From: Ramazzottius varieornatus
Taxonomy: Eukaryota; Animalia; Tardigrada
NCBI GenBank assembly: GCA_001949185.1
Contig: BDGG01000002.1
Span: forward strand, 7,244,448 to 7,308,447
Length of the DNA: 64,000 nucleotides
Direction of reading: 5' to 3'
Shown here in pieces: positions 41,060 to 53,045 of the stretch. Made by a program: the position numbers and the translations under genes. Every line of letters starts with the position of its first letter. Position 1 is the stretch's first letter. The notes below the pieces were generated by a model. The model was not told the DNA's origin. It was given only the letters and a program-made list of their open reading frames with translations, and did not search any database.

Positions 41060-41742
41060 AGAGGCAAGGTGAGACCATCTTACCGCTATCACTGGCCATA
41101 CTATAGCAGTTCTCATCGTAGGTGGGCCCGATGACCACGATGTCGGAAATCAAGGAGAAGGTTCGCGAACTTTGGACCTTCGCATTCAACCGCCTATATA
41201 ACGATCTCCCGAATATTTGCGTTGCAGCTCTCCCGGCATTAAAAAACATCAATGCTGATGACACTATCGGGAGCCTCAAAGGAGAAACCAAAGCTCGGTA
41301 AGACATTCCGCGGGACCAGCCAAGAGTGGTAGTCAACGGAACAGAGATGCAGGACGATGATGAAGAACTGTGGGAGTACAATCTGATGACGGACAGCGTC
41401 CTGCACTTGGTTCATCATCCTATGCGAGAATTCACTGGCAGAGTTCTAGACTATGTCTGTCGAAACCCGTAAAACATCACAACACTTTACGGCAAGATCA
41501 AAGTCGTCCTGCCCGATGGACAAGCCATTGTGCTGAACGTCGAACCAGTGTGCCAGACCATCAAAGATCCGAAGAAGATGGTCCAAAGTGATGCTCCAAA
41601 GTTCGTGGCGGATGGTATAGAACTCGTGTTCTGTGGAAAGCTGCTGAAAGATGAGGCCACACTGCTGCAAGTTGGCATCAGCAGCAGTTCACAGCTGAAG
41701 CTGGTCCAGTACTCCAGTTGCTGGTTTCTTCGGTCGGTCTAG
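41060..41742 (+). pseudogene. Decayed tandem ubiquitin-like domain gene (about 3 divergent Ubl units)
   Basis: One frame from 41131 reads ..INADDTIGSLKGETKAR*DIPRDQPRVVVNGTEMQDD..LWEYNLMTDSVLHLV and IKVVLPDGQAIVLNVEP..TIKD..ELVFCGKLLKDEATLLQVGISSSSQLKLV. TAA stops at 41299 and 41470. Confidence 0.65.
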
Positions 41743-42712
41743 GACGTAAGATCGCTCCGGTTCCTCCGCCGGCCAATTACGACTTCTGCAGTCGGGATAT
41801 GATGAAAGTAGTCCCTGCCCGAGAATATTATATCTTCTACCAATTCAAAGAGGTAAGCAGTACTGTGTTAGCTTTACTGTACTATGCTTTGTGGAAAAGG
41901 TATGCTCGTAACTGTCTTCATAGGTCGAAACTACAAGCTGACGGCGCTCGAGTCTTTTGTCTCGTTCACTCAGATTCTTTAAGCTTGCCACGTACCGGTA
42001 AAAAGTACCAGTGGATTTTGTCAAATGTGTTTTACTCTCGATGTTATCAGAGCGGTCCGATTAGTGTTGAGTTTTGCCTTCTTTCTACAAGAATAAGTTT
42101 AGTTTTACCCAGGAGTCTTCTGCTCAAATCGACTTTATCCTATTTTATAGCCATATTTCGACTTAGATTCCAGAGCCTCCAACTTTGCATCTGCGTGTGG
42201 TTTACCAGTAACCGACTCTCAAGCTTCGCCAACGAGCTCCATCTCTAGGGCGAAAAGTGAACCGGCGGCAGTTTCTTGTGTAAGACGAGACGGTATTCAA
42301 GCTTTCCTGGATTCTCTTGTATAAAACCGTCTGCAGCACGACGAGGGTTGTACGAGTACGGTGCTGGATCCGCAGCTCATTGTTCGCTCCCGGGATGGGA
42401 AGTCATCTGCAGCTATGTGCCATTTTGCACATATTCGGCCTCCCTCATAAGGCCCATCGCGAACGAATCGCATCACCACGAACTTTCGACCTTCGCTTCA
42501 CTCCTCCAGGCTATCGAAATCTAAAGGGATAAAGATCGCTGACACGGAACCCTTGTAAATATCTGGGTACGTAATGAACCAAGGCTTACAGTTACCCGTG
42601 CTTCACCGTTCTATGTTTTCAAAATCTGCATAATCTTACTCGTTCTCTTGTTAGAGTTTTTTGTGAACCTTTTAGAGTGGAGACACCACGGGCAAGATTG
42701 GGTGTATGAAGC

Positions 42713-45700
42713 ATGGACCCACCTGGAATACCACGATTCCTGATTACGATAAATATTCTGTTGTTCTACGGTGCGCAGCTGGGGGACTGCCGTGGACGGC
42801 GCGATGGAACTGTTGAAGTGCGCTTCGGAGTTATCGTTACGAACCCCAAGCAAGCGATGTTGCTCAAGTAAGCAATTCTTCCAACTTCCTCTCTGCATCA
42901 ATATGGCTTTTCATCTTGGATGAGATTATTGTAAGTAATTTTGTTTGGACAATAACCTCAGTGTTTTTCACTGGGTGACAATAACAATTTCTTTTAATTT
43001 TCAATCGAAAATATGAAAGAGCACTGTAATGGGTAATTAACCTTCCGGGTTGTCGCTCTGGCCTTATTCTGTCGAGTACTGAAAACATTTTCGGAGTACG
43101 GTGACAAAAATTTATCAATTTTAGCCGTGAATCAAGGCGTATCTTCCGGGATGCTATGTCATCATTCTCGAGGAGCCGACTGGGCTTTATGGAGAACGTG
43201 ACAATTTTGGAGCCAGTGATTGTCTCTCTAGATGTAAGCAGGCTCATGATAGCTCAACACGAAGATGATTGTTTCTGTTGGAAAATAATCTTGATTGCTT
43301 TATAGGGGATTTTCAGTCCGTCCAATATCCTGAGCGTCCTCTGTGAAAATCTCCTGCCGAAACGCGTAAACGCGCTGCTCTTCGTAACCTTTGAGGATGA
43401 ATCGCAGCCAGATGAAGGAAACGCTATGCAATATCTGTTTCAAGTGAGTGGTCTTTTATCGCTGCGGAAGACCACTTCGCCGTCTAAACGGACATCGTTC
43501 TGAACATCGAAACTACATCCAGGAAGAGCTGATCTACAGTATCCGGATTTGCAACTAATCGCGCTCAACTTTGTTGCAGCTCGTTTCCTTCTTGCAACTT
43601 CCGGCCATCACATGGCGCCCTCAAAGTTCGGAAAGAGTAAGTTCAGTGAGGTTACTCTTGCTAAACAGAAAGTTTCCAGAAAATAATTCTTCCGGTTTAC
43701 ATTTGTAGACGCAGGTACGTCAATGCCTTGATACGTTTCAGAAAACTATCCCCCTTCCCGAAAAGACCAGGACACGCCCATAGTACAAAACTTCGGCATC
43801 AGGAAGTAGTATGGGTGGGCTTGATATAAGCGTGATGGAAATGACTACCGGAAAGACTTCTTGTTGCTTGTCTGATCCAATGCGGAATATTGATGGTGCA
43901 TTGCTTTTTGTCAAGGTCTCAGACGATCTTCTGGTCATTGAGATTTCATCCACCCTGTGGCATCAGACAAGCGCAGTATTCAGGTTCGCTGATCACACTA
44001 TCCCTCTTCCTGCCCGCTTTGTACGGTACATCGACTTCCATTACAGTGTTCTGGAGCGATACAATTGGAATCAGTTTTCCGTTATTACGGAAAACACGAA
44101 CGGCATGGACCTCTTCTTGAACGGCATCCGTCGACAGCGTGTCAAATACAAGTAAGTCGTGAACTAGTTGAGATCTTTGAGTTATAGATGGAGTAATATA
44201 AAATCTTCCTTGTTGGCCGTAAAGCCTTGCCGAATCTCACGCATGACAAATTTGAAGCACTCAGTTTCTTCGATCGAAAAATTCTATTAGGAGAGACTTC
44301 CGGTTAGTGGAAGAGACGCATCTGATTGACGCGTCCTTCCGTTCTGATTTACGGTGCTTTTGTTTCTTTTTCAGGGTTTTTAAAATTTTGCATTTAATCA
44401 AGCTGGATCTGGCTTCCGATAAAGTCAACGTCACCAAACGCCTCAAAGTCCTGGAGAATACTTCCACGAGAGTGATTTTGCTATATGCGACCAGGGTAAT
44501 AAAAATGCAAATTGTTTGTACTAATGATCGATCACTTTGCTTTCCCACGTAATTTGGGTGTGTCCCCACGATATTACTTGCTCAAAGCTGCTTCCTTTCG
44601 CAGAAATCGTCCACGATCATCCTGGAAGCTGCCAGTAATCTGGGCTTAACGGGACCCGATTACATGTGGATATGCATGCAAAAGGTTTTTGACGATAAAG
44701 TCTCTCATTTTGATGAGCACAGATTAAAATTCCGAAGTCGACAAATTTATTAAATATTCGCCGTAGTGGCAAGTATCACATACCTGCATACACGGACTTT
44801 AAACGAATACGCATGCTAATGTATGCAGATCGGTGATAAGTTATGCCGAATTCTTGCGATGGCATCCGCATACATGTAGTTTCAATAAGCCAATCTAGAA
44901 AAGTTTCATGGTTGGCAGTGTATCGGAGACATCTCGGAGAAGAACTGGCCGCCGCAGCTGCCACCGGGTATACTGGGTAAGTTGATTCAGCTGCTAAAGC
45001 AGCGTGCAGTCAGTCGGGCGGAATTAATGTGTCAATTTGGACCCAATGGCGTTGTGGGTCCCCGCAGCCGCGTTTTTGCTTGATGTGTCATTCAGAGAAT
45101 GTTTTTTGCAGGAATCGACATCGAGATGACAGAGTCCTCGATAATCCGCACTGTGGGAAATGCGATGCGGATTTATGGCCATGCGCTGGATGGTCTGATG
45201 CGGCAGAGTAATTACTCGATTGGCGATTTATCTCCCAACGTCAGCTGTGAAAGAGAAGATGTCTGGAGCTTGGGCCGCAAATTCCATAAGTGAGCAATAC
45301 TTATATAACGTATACTTATATACTTATACACTACTTATATAACTACTTATATATAGTGAAGTTTACAGCTTTCTTACTGATGAGTGTCAAAGATACGGAT
45401 GAGCTCGTCAAGTTGATTCCCTGGTGTGTTTGCTCTAGTGCCATGCGAAAAGTCGACGTCCCTTTAGGGACTTCCAACCACCAAAGGATCCAGTTCTCTC
45501 ATGATGGGACCGTCAAGTTCGCAGAGTTCAACATCACCAATTTGTTCCTCGATCCAAAAAAAGGCACACGCTTTTGGACCACGGTAAACTTAATTCCTCT
45601 ATCATGAACAGGCCAAAATGTAAATCATGTCCAGTCACAGTCTTCAGTACTTCTGGAATAGGCGACAAGAGACTCCATTCTGATCTTATCGTTCCAGTAA

Positions 45701-48700
45701 ACACTTCGCTCAATAACAGCATGAACCTTTGGCGAGAGGTTGATTACTTTGCAATGCGATAGTACATTATTTTGACTACAATATGGGGAGTCTACAGACA
45801 ATAACTATAAGATCTTCATCTGGCGCACATTTCAATTATTTTTTTATTGGCTGAAAGCACACGCCACTTAATTAGCAGGACGAACTTGTGAGTTTCTTTG
45901 CTGGCCTCCCACAGGGTTCTTAGCTTTATTGGTGCGGAGTTTTCAAGAGCTCGAAATTTCATTTCCGGATGTCTTTCTTATTCAGGTTGGTAGCTGGAAC
46001 ACAGAGGACGGACTGCAACTGCGAGACATTGTCTGGCCAGGAAACAGCCCAGTGCCGCCTCTTGGGAGACCGGAAAAGTACCATTTGAACATTGTCACAT
46101 TGGAGGAAGAACCCTATGTGATCATGAAAAACCCAGGTCAGTCCCATCATTTAGCACCACGGCTCTTTTGTTGCGCGTCTCACCTTCCTTCCCACAGTCA
46201 TCATCAAGGTCAAGCGGGATTGTTACAACTGAAACCGTCTTCTCTCTTTACAGAAGAGCAAAAAGGGGTGTGTGAATCGCGGTCGGCTAAATGTCGGAGA
46301 CGCCCTGCAAACTGGTAAGGAGTGTGATCGAGAGCCTGATCGCTCAGGGCAGGGCGTTGTAGAACTGGTAATGGGCGGAATCTGTTTGCTGAAAATTACA
46401 GGACTAGGACCGATGAGGATATTTGGGAAGAGAGATGCTGTAGTGGACTGTGTATCGACCTACTGCAGAAGCTGGGGTCCGATATGGGTTTCACGTTCGA
46501 CCTCTACCGGGTTGAGGACGGTAAATGGGGCGCGAAGACAGTAAGTGTTGAGAAGCATGAATTTCAAAATCACCATACAGAAGAGAAAAGAAAATTTGAA
46601 CGGCCTTTTAGGAAAATGGATGGAATGGTTTGATCGCCGACTTGGTGACCAAGAAGGCCGATTTGGCTCTCTCCTCCATCAAGATCACCCAAGAACGGCA
46701 GAAGTTTCTCACGTTCTCCATACCGTATTTAGGTAAAACGATACCGTCGACGATAATTCAGACCATGTACTGCGCACCAAGTTGAGCAACCTTTACTTTC
46801 TAGAAACTGGGATCGCAATTGTGGTTGCCAAACGAGAAGGAGTGATTTCACCGACCGCCTTTTTGGGTGCGTATACGGTACTTGAGGGATATGCTCCACG
46901 TGAGGCTAGCTCTAAATCTAAATCAGTTTGTTCCTTTACTTTCAGAGCCCTTCGATTATTTGACATGGATAATTATCGCCGGAGTTTGCATTCAGTGTGT
47001 CAGCGTGTTCATCTTCATTGTACGGTCTAATAAATTTCAAGTTCCAAGATCATATGATCTGTTTGTGTGTACGCGTACTGTACCTTGATATTGTTCGATA
47101 GTTCGAATGGATGAGCCCCGACGGACTTGACATGCAACCAACTCCAGTCAAAGGTACGCTGGAGAGGCAGAAGTTCCCCTCGAAGATTTCTTTGTGCCAC
47201 AGCTTGTAAAATGGTTCTTCCTCATTAGGTGACCACCATTTCAGCCTATTCAGGGTCTACTGGCTGGTGTTTGCCATATTCTTTGGCGCCACCTGTCCGG
47301 TCACACTTCCGAGGTCGCTGACGTCAAAATACCTTACCACTATCTGGGGTAACTGGACTTTCACTGTACTGTAGAAAACGAAGCCTCGATCATTTCTTAT
47401 CGCAAATAAAAAGAGTGAATCGACTACTAGAGGGGACGGACAGAAGACCAAAAAATTGCTGTCTAACTGGCATATTTTTCATACCGACAGCGATATGTTC
47501 GCTGGCCTTCGTTGCTGTATACACCGCGAACCTGGCGACATTCATGATAACGCGGGACGAGGTCTTCGACATCAAAGGCATTGAAGATCGGAGGATCCTA
47601 AATCCTTATTCCAACAGCCCGCCTTTCCGCTACGGAACCATGCCTTTCGGATCGACTTCGGAAACTATCCGGATAGCTTATCCGCAGATTTACAATTATA
47701 TGCAGCAGTTCAATAAGAAAAGTGTGGCCGACGGAATCGAAGCGGTCAAAAGCGGGTACATCACAATTTTCTCTTCTTACGCTGCTTACTTTCCGAAATT
47801 TCAGTGGAGGTTTTATTTTAGCCAGCTCGATGCCTTCCTGTATGATGCCGCCGTACTCGATTACAGAGTCGGGTCAGATCAGGACTGTAAAATTTTGACT
47901 GTGGGTTCCTGGTTCGCCACAACCGGATACGCTGTTGCCTTCCCACAAGGCTCCCATCTTGCTGCCTCCTTTGACGACTTACTGATGTCCTACCAACGCG
48001 ATGGTAACAGGAAGGGATACTGAACGGTGGCTATTAAATTCTCCCGAATTGTTTTCATAAGTGGCGCACGCTGTCTGCCGATAATACTGACGACGTGCGC
48101 CACTTAAAAAAGCGATCTGGATGAGATCTTTTGTCGACTTTCGATATTTGGTCGTATTTACTTTTGTTTGCTAAGTGACATATTCGTGTGTTCGTAGGAT
48201 ATCTAGAGCAGATTCAACAGTTCTGGTTGACCGGTGCTTGTAAGAAGAAAGGGGCGAACCAAGGCAGACAGTCCCACGCCTTGGGCATAAAGAACTTCAT
48301 GTCAGCCTTCATCTTTCTAGGCCTGGGTCTGGCCGTCGGTATCGTCTGTCTCATGGTGGAATGGATATGTTACTACTGTATCCGCTTCGGCCTATTCACC
48401 GGCAAGTCCAAGGTACTCCGCCTGATGAGCGTCAACATCACACGCTACATGGCTATGCGAGCTGCCACCAGAAAGAAGAGAGCCGGCAGTCGTAAGCCTA
48501 TGGACATTGCCACCGTGGCCGAACTGTACCGTAACGCCGAAGAGCTAAAACGCGCGAGAGCCGAAACAGAGTTCTTGCAGAGGAAAAGGCGTCAAATTTT
48601 GAAAATTAACGGTACTGTTGGCGATATAGACTACTCACCATCACCCGACTACGACCAACAGAACAAAAGGTCGTTGAGTGCGGTGCCAGAAGAAGAATAC

Positions 48701-48775
48701 GACCTGTGGAACGGTTGGATGTATGACCAAGCGGAAGTCCCGCTGGAAGTACTAGCTACCGAGACAATCATTTGA
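42713..48775 (+). CDS. Nmdar2: NMDA-type ionotropic glutamate receptor subunit, GluN2/Nmdar2-like (multi-exon)
   Basis: Signal exon at 42713. ATD ([14 protein letters not shown]; [15 protein letters not shown]). S1 ([63 protein letters not shown]). M3 [12 protein letters not shown]2 ([28 protein letters not shown]). FWLTGAC, M4 and a PDZ-type end ETII*. Confidence 0.93.
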
Positions 48776-48960
48776 CAGGATATCGAACCAAAACCTTTCT
48801 GTCGTTCCCCGTTCGGTCACGTTTTGTGTTTATACAGTCCAATAGAGTATTAATACTTCACAGTTTCTTGTACAGCGTTTTACCTCTGTTAGACCTCTGT
48901 TCCACCTCTGTTTAGACTGTTTCCATTCACTTGTCTGGTTTTTCCACATGTACGTACAGT

Positions 48961-49094
48961 ATTTGGGACGTCGGCAAATGACTTGAACAGGATTATTTCC
49001 CAAGTGGCGCACCTCACCAGCCAGCAATAATGCAACCGTGCGTTACTTGAGGTAACGGTCGTTAAAGTTCAACTCATTTGTTGACGTCTCATTT
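48961..49094. repeat. Palindromic family A element of about 130 bp (inner arms CAAGTGGCGCAC..GTGCGCCACTTG), representative copy
   Basis: ATTTGGGACGTCGGCAAATGACTTGAAC..CCAAGTGGCGCAC-N25-GTGCGTTACTTG..GTTCAACTCATTTGTTGACGTCTCATTT. Related copies at about 2529, 8264, 10584, 11248, 15458, 16501, 45781, 48059 and 58017. Confidence 0.8.
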
Positions 49095-49977
49095 GTTTTT
49101 CGAGCCAACGGCGAGATCAAAAATAACTTCAATTCTTGTGCGGTCTAGAGCTCTAGCTTATGGAGTCTCAAATCGGCTTTGAATTTGGGGGTGGCCGAGT
49201 CTCGTGGCTTTGCCCGTTTGTATCGCGCACTCCACGGATGTAGAGGCTCTTCTTCCGCCTTCGCTACCGTATGATTTTTTATCAGTGGTGTAGAGGTATT
49301 GAATTCGATTCTTATGGGAGGATCGACTCGATATTGTCCTCGATATCCAGGAGGTATTTCCGGCCGAGTGGCGATACCATTCTGAGCACGATAAACCGGT
49401 GTCTGGTCCTTGCCGATGTAAGTTACTGGTGGCGGAAGTGCGACCGGCGGGCCAAACCTGAATGTGGCAAATGTTGATTATTTTATGATTAATGACTGAA
49501 ATCTCTTTACGAGTAAGTAAAGAGACACACCGTGTGAGAAGGCTTGATTTATGGTCGGTGGGCGTTATTTTAAGGTCATGGACCCGGCTGGAAAATTCAA
49601 AAACAATTTCGAGTAAAACTTACCCTAGTCTACAGCACTGAATCCAATCAACGTTGTACCATCCGGTCCACGGGCTGATTTTCTTGGCGATTCCGGTGGC
49701 TATGTATCCGGTGGAACACAAAGTTACAAAATGGTTCCGCGAGTCGTAGTACTCCCAATAGACATCGTGAGTCGGCATGTAGTAACAGGAGACATAATCG
49801 ATGTAATATCCTATAAAACCATGAAGAGGATGAGTAGTTACTTAAACCACTGAGATCATGCAGTCACCCTAACCTGCCGGAGTTTTGCAGCATTTGTAAA
49901 GCTGAGTAGGTTCGTCGTTTGGTACTCGGTAAGTCAAGAATTGAAAGTCATTGTCCCACAGTCCTAAAGAGTAAATC

Positions 49978-50023
49978 CACATGTACATGGATTCACATGT
50001 ACATGGATCACATGTACATGGAT
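49978..50023. repeat. 3 x 15-16 bp tandem repeat CACATGTACATGGAT
   Basis: Directly visible in the sequence. Confidence 0.85.
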
Positions 50024-50074
50024 TTTTACCGTAATCCCCATTATGGGCGGCGAATGCGGTCACCGTTCTAAGTA

Positions 50075-50698
50075 CACTGACTCCCATAAGTATTCGGGCA
50101 CCCCCATCTTTGCTGAAAAATTCATCTCCATTCCTTCCCAACTGATTGTCATGTTTTGAGTTGTGTAACCAAGATAAGTGATTCTTCTTTCGTATCACGT
50201 GACTATCGTTTGGGTTCATTAACAGATCAACCGGCAATTATCAGACAAATACCCTTAAAACCTACCTTGTCTTTAGTGATTCCGCNNNNNNNNNNNNNNN
50301 NNNNNNNNNNNNNNNNNNNNNNNNNNNNNNNNNNNTGATTTCCGCGGTGAAAGACCCAACCTCGATTTTTCACGAAGCTTTTCGTAAAAATGTCCAAAAA
50401 ATTCCCACGCGTGCTCGTTCGAGAGCTAGATGTTTGCCAGATTTTCTGATGATGACAGTTTTGTCTGCTCTGTCAGGATGCTTCGGTAGCGGAACACCAA
50501 AGACAAGGTAGTTTTTAAGGGTATATGTCTCATGATTGCCAGTTGATTTGTTGATAAACCCAAACGGTAGTCACGTGACACGAAAGAAGAATCACTTATC
50601 TTGGTTAAACAACTTAAAACATGACATTCAGTTGGGAAGGAATGGAGATGAATTTTTCAGCAAAGATGGGGGTGCCCGAATACTTATGAGAGCCAGTG
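50075..50698. mobile_element. Non-autonomous Tc1/mariner-type element with TIRs of about 210 bp, spanning an assembly gap
   Basis: TA|CACTGACTCCCATAAGTATTCGGGCACCCCC ... GGGGGTGCCCGAATACTTATGAGAGCCAGTG|TA. Arms at about 50075-50285 and 50489-50698. N-run at about 50286-50335. Confidence 0.85.
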
Positions 50699-50953
50699 TA
50701 GCTATCAAAGAATGTGGTTACATATTTTGACAGGTATCAAAACAACCAATCACTTTGAAGTGCCCATTATTTGGCTCGGAATTTCTGCCCATGTGCGGAA
50801 TTTAACGGCGGGTGATGGAACTTAGTTACGGGTTTCAACCGGAAAAGAACAGCTGAACCGTACGTACATGCTGACGTCAGCGTTAATTGACTTCTGCGGT
50901 AGTGTATTTTGGTTCCAGTCCAAAGATAAAATGCTTAGCATATATTTTGACAC

Positions 50954-51138
50954 TATGCAGATTGCGAGCGAAAGCGCACTAGCACAATTCGATACGCATA
51001 GGAACATCGTGGCATCATATGTAAACATTGTGCGACTCTCTTAACACAGGGCCTACGGGACGAACTTGTTCCTATGATGCCACCATGTTTTTGTGCGAAG
51101 GAAATGGTGCTAGTGCGCTTTCGCTCGCAATTTCTATA
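50954..51138. mobile_element. MITE family B (TIR ..AGATTGCGAGCGAAAGCGCACTAGCAC)
   Basis: Long inverted arms with TA ends. A related copy lies at 27065-27229 and a half copy at about 30588-30617. Confidence 0.8.
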
Positions 51139-51174
51139 CTAACCATGTCTTACAGACTGACGCCAGGAAACAAA

Positions 51175-51426
51175 ACTACAACCTACATGTCTTTGCACCT
51201 ACTTGTGCAGCTTTGGAGCTGTAGGAGTTTCGCCCACATCGAAACAGTCGATTTCATCCTGCGAGGTGGGAAAGGCGAGTCTACCTGAACGAGATGACCA
51301 CGCTCTCCGGTTTTCTGTTCTTCTCTGTTCGGGGGAAAATGAAAACAGACCATTTCGATGCAAACGAAATTTGAGACTTCGTATTCACAGTTGCACAAGT
51401 AGGTGCAAACACATGTAGGTTGTAGT
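51175..51426. mobile_element. MITE-like inverted-repeat element
   Basis: ACTACAACCTACATGTCTTTGCACCTACTTGTGCAGCT ... AGTTGCACAAGTAGGTGCAAACACATGTAGGTTGTAGT (arms of about 38 bp). Confidence 0.75.
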
Positions 51427-53045
51427 AATGTAGTTCTGATAGCTACACAAACTGATACATGGGTTGTTGTTTCAAAACCAATCAAAGCATGTAGTTACAT
51501 GTTTTGATGGCTACTCAGAACGGTGACTACATCCGCCGCCCATACCCTATAGCTGGAAATGGAAGAACTGTCTAGTGTCTACCTGTGATAAAGCTGTTCA
51601 AGGTCCTGTCCGCATTTTGAGGATCGAAACAGTGATATTGGTTGGTGTAGTTCCTTACATGACAGCTGTACAAACTTGATCGTTAATTCCTTATTCACAA
51701 GTCGAACATACATACACAGTGAGTCTGAGCAGAATTATAACTATAATTACCTGGGGTAGTACGGGTACCGCCCTTGAGCAGGTGGTTTATTGGGAAAGCT
51801 AAAGCTGCATTTCACAGCTTCAAGACGCTACAGGAAATACGGAATCTCACCTCAGGACTTCACCGACGTCAGTTGAAATCAGATGTATACCTCGTAGTTC
51901 TGAATAAAGTCCCTGCAAAATATGGGGGTTATAAAGATAATGCAAATGTTTACCTTCTTGAAGGTTAGCCAAATTTAAGATCTTACTGGAGACCGGTCAT
52001 CGCTTCACCATCGAGGCATTCCACATTCCACTTGCGGTGTGGCTAGAACCAACCCGAAAATTTCCCATAAAGTAGACCACCGGAACCAATGATTGTGAGA
52101 CGGGTAAAGGAAACATAAAATATCTCTATCACAAGCGGCGCACGCTTCCAGCCAACAGTATTGAAATTGTACGCCACTTTTCGACCCCCGAATGAACTCG
52201 TAAATCTACAGTATTTCAGTGAACTCACCAGGTTGGGTCCTCCGTGACGCTGATAAACCTCCACATATGTCTCTCCCTGTCAATATAAATCCATCAATAT
52301 ATCCATGAAATGCAAGTATAAATCAGGCAATAGAACTCTATTTGAGAAGACACTGACCGAGCCATATGGCCAGTAAGATCCATAATACCGGTAGGTTCCA
52401 TCGGACCACAGAAAGGAAGATAACAACTCGAGAACAAATAAACTGTATCTTGCGACCATGATCTTCGCGGTTGCATAAAAGGCAAAAATGTATCAATAGT
52501 ACCCTAACTGTCTGGTAAGCACGCGCGAGAATTTGTAAGTAATCAGAATATACTATGACTGCCCAAAGCGCGATAACTTTGCTCGTCTGGCAATCCAAAC
52601 TCACACAACTAGGCGGCCGACGATCAGGAAGCTGCTCGTCTCAGTGTCAATGTCACTAGCCAGCTAGAAAAACCGGCTAGCTGTTTAAACCCCCCATTCT
52701 TGCAAATCGGACAACCCTCAACTTCTCGCCAAAGTGACGTTTGCCGAGCTTTGAGATTTCACGGTCTTCGGTGGTAGCCTGGAGCGAGATGAGAATATTA
52801 TGTGGTATATCCTAACAGTCTGCCACACGCAGCAACTAAAGAACCTGCTGCTTGTCGCTCGATTCCATCAGTAACCGCAGTAGATCATCATAAGTGTCTC
52901 GCAGAGTTTTACTATTCAAAGAATTAGGCGGAATAATGGAATCTACTTCCGCCTGAGCAAGCACGAAAAGGAGATTACAAAAGGCAAGAATAACATAAGT
53001 TAGCTTTACACGATACATCACCTTCTCGTTGACAAGATAACCCTC

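Noticed and set aside
45296-45356. AT-rich (TACTTATA)n-like stretch in an NMDAR intron
   Set aside because: It is an ordinary degenerate simple repeat.
48059-48106. GTGGCGCA motif resembling a tRNA A-box or CTCF core
   Set aside because: There is no cloverleaf or B-box and the match is only partial. It is explained as the family A palindrome arm.
49869-50730. Two similar ORFs MPVDLL(M/I)NPN.. on opposite strands
   Set aside because: They are translations of the two arms of the Tc1-like inverted repeat, not genes.
52000-52460. Possible small spliced minus-strand gene (MVARYSLFVLELL..YYGSYWPYGS|GETYVEVY..)
   Set aside because: No consistent further exon or homology is recognisable, and one join would need an implausibly short intron of about 23 nt.
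52836-53021. ORF with a signal-like segment just downstream of the four-barrel gene, considered as an extra exon or fifth domain
   Set aside because: The gene stops at TAG 53046-48 right after RTYRRLV, and this ORF has no barrel motifs.
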